A stretch of 64,000 nt of DNA, taken from NCBI GenBank assembly GCA_002720275.1, contig PBHR01000023.1:21600-85599 (forward strand), given 5' to 3'. The notes beneath the pieces are model-generated. The model saw nothing but the letters and a program-made list of their open reading frames with translations, ran no database searches and was not told where the DNA came from. The stretch's first letter is position 1; each line of letters starts with the position of its first letter. Position numbers and translations under genes: made by a program. The stretch comes from Methanobacteriota archaeon. GTDB taxonomy: Archaea; Thermoplasmatota; Poseidoniia; Poseidoniales; Poseidoniaceae. This document shows, one piece after another, positions 55,976 through 64,000 of the stretch.

Positions 55976-57457
55976 ATGCATTCCAATATTTCGAAATTGA
56001 AACACATAAGAGAATCTTCCGGGGATGCCAAAACAAATGGGCTTTCTGATGAAATAATTGAAACATACCTAGAATCATTTGAAGATTTAAAAGATGCAAT
56101 TAATGATGCGTATGAAATCCACAAAAAAATAACTAATGAATTTGGTGAAGAAATTACCAAAATGGAAGAATCTCAACTAATAAAATTATTACAAAAGGAC
56201 TACGTTAATTTCTATTCTGCACCTACTGTAAATCCATATGTCGCCATTGCAGCAAAAGGTCCATGGATTGTAACATCCCACGGTGCGGTCTTGCACGACA
56301 ATGGGGGTTATGGGATGCTTGGGATGGGCCATGGCCCGGAAAATGTAATTCAATCAATGCAACAAAATTGGGTAATGGCTAATGTAATGACGCCATCATT
56401 CAGTCAAAAAAGATTAGCTGATCGACTAAAAAAAGAAATAGGACATACAAGAAAAGAATGCCCATTTAAAAAATTTATTTGCATGAACTCAGGATCTGAA
56501 TCAATGACTGTAGGAATGAGAATATCTGATGTAAATGCATTAAGGATGACTAGCCCCGGTGGACGATACGAAGGTAAACCGACTAGAATGATCGCAATAG
56601 AAAGGGCATTTCATGGCAGAACTGATAGGCCTGCACAAATATCACATTCCTGTAAAGACGGTTATGATAAAAATTTGAACACATTTCAGAACAGAGAGAA
56701 CCTTAAATTAATTCCTGCTAATGACATAAATGCATTAAATGAGGCATTTATTCAAGCTGAAAATGATGGTGTTTTTATTGAACTACTTGCAATCGAACCA
56801 GTCCAAGGAGAGGGGGCACCAGGATTATGTATTGAACGCAATTTTTATGATGAAGCGAGACGTTTGACAAAAGAACATGGTTCTATGTTAATTATTGATT
56901 CTGTTCAAGCCGGCCTAAGAGGACAAGGATGCCTAAGCATCATAGATTATGAAGGGTTTCAAGACGCTGAAGCACCAGATATGGAAGCTTGGTCTAAAGC
57001 AATTAATGCAGGCCAATTTCCACTTTCTGTAGTAGGTATGACAAAAAAGGCTGCTGAATTATATGTTACAGGAATTTATGGTAATACAATGACCACTAAT
57101 CCACGTGCACTTGAAACTGCAGTAGCCGTACTAGATCGAATTACTCCTGAACTTCGTCAAAATATTCGCCATCGCGGAAAAGAATTGTTAAATGAACTCA
57201 AAAAATTAATGATGGACTTCCCAGAATCAATTATGTCTGTGGAAGGAACGGGCCTTCTTATTTGTGCCGAACTACATCCTGATAATTTGCCTGTTGTTGG
57301 ATTCAATTGTGTTGAAGAATGGTGTCGTTTAAATGGCCTTGGAGTCATTCATGGAGGCAAGAATGCACTACGTTTTACACCCCATTTTGCAATAACATCT
57401 GCTGAAATAAAATTAATTATCGATGTTGTTCGCAAAGCACTGATTCATTTTAAATAA
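55976..57457 (+). CDS. class III (omega/acetylornithine-type) PLP-dependent aminotransferase
   Basis: Contains NSGSESMTVGMRIS, a FHGRTDRP-type segment, IIDSVQAGLRGQG (the DEVQ-G-GRTG equivalent), and a Lys in WSKAINAG. Confidence 0.85.
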   Translation: MHSNISKLKHIRESSGDAKTNGLSDEIIETYLESFEDLKDAINDAYEIHKKITNEFGEEITKMEESQLIKLLQKDYVNFYSAPTVNPYVAIAAKGPWIVTSHGAVLHDNGGYGMLGMGHGPENVIQSMQQNWVMANVMTPSFSQKRLADRLKKEIGHTRKECPFKKFICMNSGSESMTVGMRISDVNALRMTSPGGRYEGKPTRMIAIERAFHGRTDRPAQISHSCKDGYDKNLNTFQNRENLKLIPANDINALNEAFIQAENDGVFIELLAIEPVQGEGAPGLCIERNFYDEARRLTKEHGSMLIIDSVQAGLRGQGCLSIIDYEGFQDAEAPDMEAWSKAINAGQFPLSVVGMTKKAAELYVTGIYGNTMTTNPRALETAVAVLDRITPELRQNIRHRGKELLNELKKLMMDFPESIMSVEGTGLLICAELHPDNLPVVGFNCVEEWCRLNGLGVIHGGKNALRFTPHFAITSAEIKLIIDVVRKALIHFK

Positions 57458-57526
57458 ATCTAAAAAAATTAGATTTAGCACGAAAACATACAGCATATTA
57501 TATGCTAAAGATTCTAGCGCCATATA

Positions 57527-58903
57527 ATGTATAAATTTGAACATCAAACCTATGTTGATGAAAATGTAGAAAATACATTTTCTTGGTTTGAACATGAAGG
57601 TTCATTCAGAAGATTAATGCCGCCATGGGAAGTTCTAAAAGAAATTAAAGCTGATAAATCGATAAATGAAGGTTCTATTAGAATCTTTAAAATTCCATTT
57701 GGGCCTTTCAAAATGAGTTGGGTTGCTAAACATACAATTTATAATCCTCCGAATCAATTCAAAGATATTATGCTCAAAGGGCCATTTTGGAGATGGGAGC
57801 ATGTTCATGACTTCATCCCTCAAGAAAATGGGACCCTAGTCAAAGATACTGTGGAATATCAAGTTCCATTGGGGGTATTTGGTTATTTTTTTGCGGGTAG
57901 AAGTGTTAAAAAAAGAATAAAAAATATGTTCATTTCTAGAGAGCTTAGATTGAAAAGAGATCTGGAAAACCATAAAATATTCAGATCTGAAAAACGAAAA
58001 AAAATATTGGTTGCTGGTTCTTCCGGAATGATTGGAACTCAATTAGTAGCATTCTTAGATACGGGAGGGCATGATGTTTGGAGGCTAGTTAGACGCGAAA
58101 CAAATTTGGATTCAAAAGAAATTAAATGGGATCCTGAAAAAAATGAATTGGATTCTGATAAAATTGAAGGTTTTGATGCAATTATACATCTCGGAGGAGC
58201 GGGGATAGGAGATAAGCGCTGGACTAAAAAACGTAAAAATTTAATTCAAAAGTCAAGAGAAAACACAACCACATTATTGTCTGAAACAATCTCTAAATTA
58301 AAAAATAAACCCGAAGTTTTTCTAATTGCAAGTGCAATAGGTTATTATGGAAATCGGGGAGATGAAGAATTAACTGAAAAAAGTAATCCAGGTGAAGGTT
58401 TTCTTACAGAAACAGTATTGGCTTGGGAAAAATATGCTGAAGCAGCAAAAAAAGTAGGTGTTAGAGTAATTAATATCAGAACAGGAATTGTTTTATCAGC
58501 AACAGGGGGTGCCCTAAATAAGATGTTATTGCCTTGGAAATTAGGAGCAGGGGGGCCTATCGGAGGAGGGAAACAATGGATGTCATGGATTTCATTAGAT
58601 GACCAAATATTTGCAATAAATCATCTTATTATGAACAAGGAATGTAATGGAGCATACAATTTAACCTCTATGAATCCTGTAAGACAAAAAGAGTTCTCAA
58701 AAACATTGGGGAAGGTACTTCGAAGACCCGCCTTTGCACCAATTCCAAAATTCCCAATGAGAATATTATTTGGAGAATTAGCAGGACCTCTCTTATTTGA
58801 AGGCCAAAAAGTTCTACCGGAAAGATTGTTAAAATCAGGATTTAAATTTACTCATGAAAATCTTGAAAATGCATTAAGAGATTGTTTAGGGAAATGGAGA
58901 TAA
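57527..58903 (+). CDS. fusion protein: SRPBCC (START/polyketide-cyclase-like) domain plus YfcH-type NAD-dependent epimerase (SDR39U1-like, DUF1731 C-terminus)
   Basis: The N-terminal ~150 aa form an SRPBCC-like domain. This is followed by the Rossmann motif ILVAGSSGMIGTQLV and the C-terminal QWMSWISLDD...PERLLKSGFKF. Confidence 0.8.
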   Translation: MYKFEHQTYVDENVENTFSWFEHEGSFRRLMPPWEVLKEIKADKSINEGSIRIFKIPFGPFKMSWVAKHTIYNPPNQFKDIMLKGPFWRWEHVHDFIPQENGTLVKDTVEYQVPLGVFGYFFAGRSVKKRIKNMFISRELRLKRDLENHKIFRSEKRKKILVAGSSGMIGTQLVAFLDTGGHDVWRLVRRETNLDSKEIKWDPEKNELDSDKIEGFDAIIHLGGAGIGDKRWTKKRKNLIQKSRENTTTLLSETISKLKNKPEVFLIASAIGYYGNRGDEELTEKSNPGEGFLTETVLAWEKYAEAAKKVGVRVINIRTGIVLSATGGALNKMLLPWKLGAGGPIGGGKQWMSWISLDDQIFAINHLIMNKECNGAYNLTSMNPVRQKEFSKTLGKVLRRPAFAPIPKFPMRILFGELAGPLLFEGQKVLPERLLKSGFKFTHENLENALRDCLGKWR

Positions 58904-58904
58904 A

Positions 58905-59369
58905 ATGAGTAAATATTATAATTTCTTGATTGGAACTAATCTGCCAGAATTTTCCATGCCCAATGAAGAGGGTTTATCTATATCAAATAATGAATTAATT
59001 GGGCATTGGACTGTTCTTTTTATTTATCCCAAGGATAATTCACCAGGTTGTACTTTAGAATCATGTCATTTTAGAAACAAATATGATTATTTTCAGGAAA
59101 ATAACATATTACTTTTTGGAATTTCAACAGACACAATAGAATCACATAAAAAGTTCAAAGAAAAAAATAGATTGCCATACTCCTTACTAAGCGACAAAGG
59201 TGCAGTTTTTATTAAAAAATTAAAACTTAAAAAAATACTCAATTTCATTAGGCCAAGAGTGACTTTAATAATTGATAAAGAAGGAATTATTCGTAACGTA
59301 CATTCAAGTCAAATAAATATGAAAGGACACATTACTAAAACGATTAAAGCTTTTGAGAGATTAAAATGA
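58905..59369 (+). CDS. bcp: thiol peroxidase, Bcp/PrxQ-type peroxiredoxin
   Basis: Has the YPKDNSPGCTLESC peroxidatic-Cys context and FGISTD. Confidence 0.85.
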   Translation: MSKYYNFLIGTNLPEFSMPNEEGLSISNNELIGHWTVLFIYPKDNSPGCTLESCHFRNKYDYFQENNILLFGISTDTIESHKKFKEKNRLPYSLLSDKGAVFIKKLKLKKILNFIRPRVTLIIDKEGIIRNVHSSQINMKGHITKTIKAFERLK

Positions 59370-60079
59370 ATCAGAAAACAATTTCTTTGGAAGGGGAACC
59401 TAACTTTCTAAAAGAATTAATTCAAAATAGGATTTCTGACAGAATGATTCATAAAATTAGTAATGATTCTAATTCATCTTTTGCTATTTATTTTGAAACA
59501 GGGGAAAAATTCGAAACGGAAATCTCTAAACCATCAATTATAATTAGACCATGGAATGAGCAAATTACTCCATTTAATCTAGAAAAATGCATAGAATTGC
59601 ATGTCAGAGATTTATTGTGTATTGATCCTGAAGGCAAATGGGGCCCAAGTGATATTTTTGAATGGATAAAATGCCTTGATTCTGGTTCCCCAATATTTCT
59701 AGAAAAATATCCAATACGATATTGGACCTCTAAACACGATGTTATTTCACTTATTGAAACACTTATTGAACTTCCAAAAATACCAACATTAATTACTGAA
59801 GTTTGCGGAAGGAGGCCGTGGATTGCAAATGATATCTTTTCTGAGTTGAAAATGTTATGGAGAAGAGTTGATAATTCAAAAACAAATAAAATTGACATTG
59901 TAGATTTGGAGGTTAAAGATATACCCAATACTAACAATAAAAATAATTCAAATAGTCCGAACCTTTCTGAGTTGCACAATTTATTAAAATTGCAAAATGG
60001 GAAAGGGTGGGTTACCTCAACCCCAATAAGAATCTCGTTGATGGAATGCCTCGAAGAAACAATTGATTTCCAAAATTAA
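59366..60079 (+). CDS. hypothetical protein
   Basis: Overlaps the bcp stop by 4 nt (ATGA), which suggests coupling. I recognised no motif. Confidence 0.5.
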   Translation: MNQKTISLEGEPNFLKELIQNRISDRMIHKISNDSNSSFAIYFETGEKFETEISKPSIIIRPWNEQITPFNLEKCIELHVRDLLCIDPEGKWGPSDIFEWIKCLDSGSPIFLEKYPIRYWTSKHDVISLIETLIELPKIPTLITEVCGRRPWIANDIFSELKMLWRRVDNSKTNKIDIVDLEVKDIPNTNNKNNSNSPNLSELHNLLKLQNGKGWVTSTPIRISLMECLEETIDFQN

Positions 60080-60136
60080 AACTATCCAAAATAATCATAA
60101 TGGGAAGTTATGAGGATTTATTAACGGGGAGAAAGT

Positions 60137-60421
60137 ATGACGGATGAAATAATATCTTCATCAGAACTTTTAGCAAGTTTGTATGCTTTTTCAATTAGTT
60201 TAATAGTCGGTTTTGCAATAGCAAAATTTCTTACGGGGAAAACCCCTCAAATCAAAATATATATCTTTCACATTCACCATTGGATTTGGGCAACAACAAT
60301 TCTAATTCTCCTATTTTTTTGGGATCAAACAGAAGCTTGGATGATTGGATTAGTAACTGGTGTTGCAATCGAAGGGCTGACTTATGATGATTGGTCCATT
60401 TTTATTAAAAAAGAGGAATGA
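60137..60421 (+). CDS. small membrane protein (about 3 TM helices)
   Basis: Hydrophobic segments run throughout the 94 aa. Confidence 0.5.
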   Translation: MTDEIISSSELLASLYAFSISLIVGFAIAKFLTGKTPQIKIYIFHIHHWIWATTILILLFFWDQTEAWMIGLVTGVAIEGLTYDDWSIFIKKEE

Positions 60422-61489
60422 TTAATCTAAATTTTTTAACAGTATTCGATGGAAGTGATGTACTCCTGTTTCTTTTTCTGGTGAATACCTACCTCGTTCA
60501 TAAGATTCAGAAGTTACACCCCGTTGGACTCCTTCTACAATTTGTTGGTCTTCTTCCTCAACTTTATCTAAATCACCACCTGCCCCCTCAAAAATTAAAT
60601 CTTTATTACCAATATAACCACGATAAATTATTTTTGATTTGTCTGAATTCAAAGGAACTACAATATTTACTGATAAACCCCATGGATAAAAATTAAACAT
60701 CATATTTGGATATAACCAAAAATAATATGCTGCAATATTTTTACCATAATCTATGGATTCTTTAGGCAAATTAAAACATAACTCACCTGGTTTAGCAAAC
60801 CCTATTTGTAACACCCCATTTGAAAATAATTCTGTTTTATAAGAGTCATTTTCAATAATATTATTTAAATCTCCATGAACAAATGGAATATGAAACCCTT
60901 CCAAATAATTATCAACATATAATGCCCAATTTGCTTTAACTGAGTATGTTCGATCTTTACTAGAATCATATTTGAATTTTTCAATATTCATCCATCCAAT
61001 TCTATCGTCTAGAAATTCGATGAACTCATCAAAATTTTGTTCGCTCTTATTTGCAAAAAGTAAATTTTTCCAATTCATTAATTTAAATTTTTTCAAATTA
61101 TCTTTATGTGTCGGGAAATTTTTTACATTTTCAAACTTAGGCATATTTTTAAATTGACCTTGTAAATCAAAAGTTCGACCATGATATGGGCATTGAATTC
61201 GGGATTTTTTACATTTTTCTTCGACTAATAACATTGCCCTATGAGTACATACGTTTGAAATACAAGCATAATTTTCATCTTTAGTTAATATTACTTCGTC
61301 ATTTATTATATCACCCATTCGTTCTAATGGAATAATATTCACATTATCAAATTCTGAACTATGTACAGCAAAATGCCAATGATTAGAGAATGAAGCCTTT
61401 ATTTTTTCAAATAGTTCAGGATTAGTATAATAATCTGAATGTAAAGTTAATGCTCGAGATATATCTTCATCAACATAATCTCTCGCCAT
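60422..61489 (-). CDS. Rieske [2Fe-2S] non-heme iron oxygenase, alpha-subunit type
   Basis: Has the Rieske motif CTHRAMLL...CPYHGRTF and a mononuclear-iron motif, NYLEGFHIPFVH. Confidence 0.85.
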   Translation of the reverse strand: MARDYVDEDISRALTLHSDYYTNPELFEKIKASFSNHWHFAVHSSEFDNVNIIPLERMGDIINDEVILTKDENYACISNVCTHRAMLLVEEKCKKSRIQCPYHGRTFDLQGQFKNMPKFENVKNFPTHKDNLKKFKLMNWKNLLFANKSEQNFDEFIEFLDDRIGWMNIEKFKYDSSKDRTYSVKANWALYVDNYLEGFHIPFVHGDLNNIIENDSYKTELFSNGVLQIGFAKPGELCFNLPKESIDYGKNIAAYYFWLYPNMMFNFYPWGLSVNIVVPLNSDKSKIIYRGYIGNKDLIFEGAGGDLDKVEEEDQQIVEGVQRGVTSESYERGRYSPEKETGVHHFHRILLKNLD

Positions 61490-61523
61490 ATTACATGTAG
61501 AAAGTCTTGTAATAAATAATCAA

Positions 61524-62159
61524 CTAATGACAGGATACCCCATATTTTTTCAAACGCCAGTAGTTGTATGGCCATGGAGTCAAGAATCCCGCAATCAACA
61601 TTGGAATGATTACTTCCGGCGTCAACATTGCACCGCCTGTCAACACAAAATCGGTAATGTTCATAGCTGCTTCCATCGCTACCATCGAAATAAATGACAT
61701 ACCCATTGCAGTTCGCAATGAATCTTTGAAAGGAAGCTGTTTGAGCAAAATTACGGTTTCTAAAGCAATGGAAGTAAGGAGACCATTCATGATCGCAAGC
61801 ATCATTATCGCCATAGTAGACCATCCTGAATCAATCCAAATAAATTGGAAAAAAGCGATTGTCCCGAAGTCCCCAATGCTACAACCAATTAAGCACCATT
61901 TTGTATTATGAGCGCTTTGTTTCCATACAGCTTTATCGGACCAATCAAAACCACTTTTTCCAATTGAAAATCCGGATAAAGCAACTATTTCTTCTAAATT
62001 TGAAGTTGTAATTTCTTCAGAATGCTCAATTTTGGCTATTCTTGAAACGTGTGATACTTCAGCCTTACTTATCCCACTTTCTTTCAAAAAATTATCAGTA
62101 AGTCTTGAAGAACAACCCCCACAAGTCATCCCATCTACAAATAATTCCGTGGTTGCCAT
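61524..62159 (-). CDS. HMA (MTCxxC) metal-binding domain fused to a DUF4396-like membrane domain
   Basis: The N-terminus reads FVDGMTCGGCSSRL. The membrane part contains WCLIGCSIGDFG, typical of DUF4396. Confidence 0.7.
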   Translation of the reverse strand: MATTELFVDGMTCGGCSSRLTDNFLKESGISKAEVSHVSRIAKIEHSEEITTSNLEEIVALSGFSIGKSGFDWSDKAVWKQSAHNTKWCLIGCSIGDFGTIAFFQFIWIDSGWSTMAIMMLAIMNGLLTSIALETVILLKQLPFKDSLRTAMGMSFISMVAMEAAMNITDFVLTGGAMLTPEVIIPMLIAGFLTPWPYNYWRLKKYGVSCH

Positions 62160-62242
62160 GGTGCTTCGAACAATTCAACCATAATAAATTTACAACTTTT
62201 CATGATAGCCTCTAAAAATGATTGCTTACCCGAATCTACAAT

Positions 62243-64000
62243 ATGTATAATCCATTTGACAAATTTACTGAAGCCTCAGTAAAAAAACCAATCACTGCAA
62301 TACTAATTTTCATATTGATCTTCTTTGGTGGGATTTTCTTAATGGTAAATTACATCAGTGCTGATGTATCTCGTTCATCTTTTTATCCAGATAATGAAGT
62401 CACAAGATTACTAACTGAAATTGATAATGAATATAATGAACAAGAACTTGACTTGTTAAGGGCCCTGACACCACTAGAATCTAATGGGTTGGATAATCCA
62501 TCAAATTGGGAAAGATTAGCTAATGTTGAATCAATAATGATTAGTGACAATTCATCATTAAAGTATCAAGAACCAATATTTGGTGGTCAATCAGTAGCAG
62601 GCCCTGCAAGTTTAGCAATGATTTACTCCACGGTTGTGTACCCCGAAGAGACGGCATTATGGGTTAATGAAACTAAAACTACTTTTGATGCTTTTATTAA
62701 TACATTAGAAAATGGAAATGATTCTGAAATTAATAATGCTTTGAATCTATCTATTGAAAAAGTAGATTCGATACCCCTACCTCCTGAAATTACCTCCGAA
62801 TCATTAAATTCATGGGATGTAAACAACACTGAATGGGTTGATCCATTAATGAATGGAGTGAATTCAACACAACTACTTTCAGATTTTGATGATTATTTAT
62901 CGTCAATAAATTTGTTAGTAAATAATAATTCCGTAGGTCCAGAAATTGAACAAAAATGGATTTATAGTGTTTCTTTAGATGTTAGGATTAAATTAAACAT
63001 ACTAAATGTCATTCAAGAAATCGATTATGCTGGTTCAATATTAGGATCTATTCCAACTTATGATGATAAGGGCTCTGAAATTGAGTTTTCTCAAAGAGCC
63101 TCTGCTGCAACAATAGGGGTAATAAATCTAGCAATATCAACATCAGATTTAGATACTGAAGAAATTATAGATATTTCAAAATCTTTGGAGAATAATCTTA
63201 GTACAGAACTTTCATTAGATGATGATTCAAAAGTCATTATTTTCGGTTTCAATCGTTTCACTGAAGCATCGGCAAGCGCATCAAGTAAAGAAAGCCCAAT
63301 GCTTACAAGTTTGGCAATATTATTACTTGGAATTATTTTATGGACTAGATTTCGTTCAATTAGAGAAACTATGATGGTAATTACATGTACAGCACTGACA
63401 ATTCCAATTACTTTCGGAGTTGCTTCATTTTTATTCAAAGTAACATTTAATCCAGCTATGTTTTCTATCCCAGTTCTTGTACTTGCAATTGGTGTAGATT
63501 ATGGATTACATGTTGTAGCAAGATATAGAGAAGAAGCGGTTCACGAAGCAAGAAAAGTTGGTATTGACGAACATTCTCAACCACTTTCAGTTCTAGAAAA
63601 ATCAAGTAGGAAAAAAGCAATTTTAAATGGTTCATTACTTACCTCTGCGGCATTAATTGTCGCAATTACTACTGATGTAGTAGGATTTATGTCATTTAAT
63701 ATTAGTAATCAAAAGTTCTTACGAGATTTTGGAACTACAATTGCTATTGGATTATTATTTGTATACCTCTCATCAATTACTGTTTTACCAGCATTATTAT
63801 CCTTAATACCACCTAAATCTAAAACTGTAATTACTAGGAAGCCTTTTCCAATTTCCAACATACAATCAATTGAAGAAACTAGTTTTTCAAAATTTATTGG
63901 AAACGTGGTAGATAAAAAAGCAAAAGTTGTTTGGATTATTGTAATATTAATGACAATTCCTATGCTTTGGGGAATGACATTACTGAAGCCTGGTTTTGAT
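62243..64000 (+). CDS. partial CDS (continues past window end): RND-superfamily / MMPL-type membrane exporter
   Basis: Not in the ORF track because no stop lies within the window. The frame is open from ATG 62243 to 64000. It has an N-terminal TM, a large periplasm-like domain, then a TM bundle (ILWTRFRSIRETMMVITCTALTIPITFGV...LVLAIGVDYGLHVVARYREE) typical of MMPL/RND proteins. Confidence 0.75.
   Translation, partial: MYNPFDKFTEASVKKPITAILIFILIFFGGIFLMVNYISADVSRSSFYPDNEVTRLLTEIDNEYNEQELDLLRALTPLESNGLDNPSNWERLANVESIMISDNSSLKYQEPIFGGQSVAGPASLAMIYSTVVYPEETALWVNETKTTFDAFINTLENGNDSEINNALNLSIEKVDSIPLPPEITSESLNSWDVNNTEWVDPLMNGVNSTQLLSDFDDYLSSINLLVNNNSVGPEIEQKWIYSVSLDVRIKLNILNVIQEIDYAGSILGSIPTYDDKGSEIEFSQRASAATIGVINLAISTSDLDTEEIIDISKSLENNLSTELSLDDDSKVIIFGFNRFTEASASASSKESPMLTSLAILLLGIILWTRFRSIRETMMVITCTALTIPITFGVASFLFKVTFNPAMFSIPVLVLAIGVDYGLHVVARYREEAVHEARKVGIDEHSQPLSVLEKSSRKKAILNGSLLTSAALIVAITTDVVGFMSFNISNQKFLRDFGTTIAIGLLFVYLSSITVLPALLSLIPPKSKTVITRKPFPISNIQSIEETSFSKFIGNVVDKKAKVVWIIVILMTIPMLWGMTLLKPGFD

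Noticed and set aside
57456-57476. Hairpin AAATCTAA-aaaaa-TTAGATTT right after the aminotransferase stop, and the nearby AGCATAT-t-ATATGCT palindrome
   Set aside because: Both are almost purely A/T, so such inverted repeats are expected by chance in this composition. Archaeal termination relies mainly on oligo-T tracts. I noted them but do not call either a terminator.
59488-59979. 163-aa minus-strand ORF
   Set aside because: It is antisense to the 59366..60079 ORF, which is translationally coupled to bcp by an ATGA overlap. The antisense frame has no start context.
60418-60696. 92-aa plus-strand ORF following the small membrane protein
   Set aside because: It lies entirely opposite the 3' part of the Rieske oxygenase gene, whose frame continues conserved sequence through this region.
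61447-61911. ORFs 61447..61824 (-) and 61564..61911 (+)
   Set aside because: They overlap the HMA-DUF4396 gene in other frames or on the other strand and show no recognisable motifs. The HMA-DUF4396 frame carries the MTCGGC and GCSIGDFG signatures.
62623-63438. Minus-strand ORFs 62623..62829 and 63091..63438
   Set aside because: Both are antisense to a long uninterrupted plus-strand frame (62243 to the window end) with clear RND/MMPL TM-bundle sequence.
1-64000. Search for CRISPR arrays, cas genes, transposases, integrases, prophage modules and rRNA genes
   Set aside because: I noticed no regularly spaced direct repeats, and no DDE, tyrosine or serine recombinase signatures. No intergenic gap is long enough to hold an rRNA. 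The two tRNAs show no adjacent integrase or attachment-like duplication. The window looks like core chromosome.

Overview
This is an AT-rich, gene-dense chromosomal segment from an archaeon. The archaeal assignment rests on aEF-1alpha, aIF5B, the conserved rpl7ae-rps28e-rpl24e-ndk-infB block, CDC48, an Hjc-like resolvase and an MC1 chromatin protein. The bacterial-style sdhCAB, the many secreted or glycosylation-sequon-rich proteins and the low GC suggest an uncultured marine planktonic Thermoplasmatota-like lineage, but that is inference only. Most genes are housekeeping: pyrBI, xth, tRNA thiolation and methylation, two ALDHs, SDH, serS, folC, dCMP deaminase, prs, tuf, rps10, and two tRNAs (Leu-CAA, Ile-GAU). 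Internal operon genes are preceded by strong GGAGGTGA-type Shine-Dalgarno sequences, and GTG/TTG starts are common. I saw no CRISPR array, transposase or integrase. The main observations are these. (1) A conserved ~43-bp composite element (two TTCAATTG/A boxes exactly 20 bp apart around an ATTAATT core) recurs in the same orientation in three intergenic regions, with extra partial copies in a 383-bp AT-rich spacer. (2) An operon encodes a Roadblock/LC7 protein, a ~1050-aa protein with an internal Roadblock-like domain plus a long coiled coil, and a small membrane protein, with no adjacent GTPase. (3) Two conserved genes missing from the ORF track (ribosomal protein L24e, and a PRC-barrel protein lying in frame directly after the CDC48 TGA stop) have no ATG/GTG/TTG start, but each has an SD-positioned ATT. 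(4) A presenilin/SPP-type intramembrane protease carries a ~340-aa ectodomain insertion. (5) A Soj-like ParA is followed by a ribbon-helix-helix gene and a small coupled ORF, with no ParB. (6) A second giant charged coiled-coil protein sits next to a Ca-binding TSP3-repeat surface protein. All functional calls come from motif recognition by eye; no database search was run.
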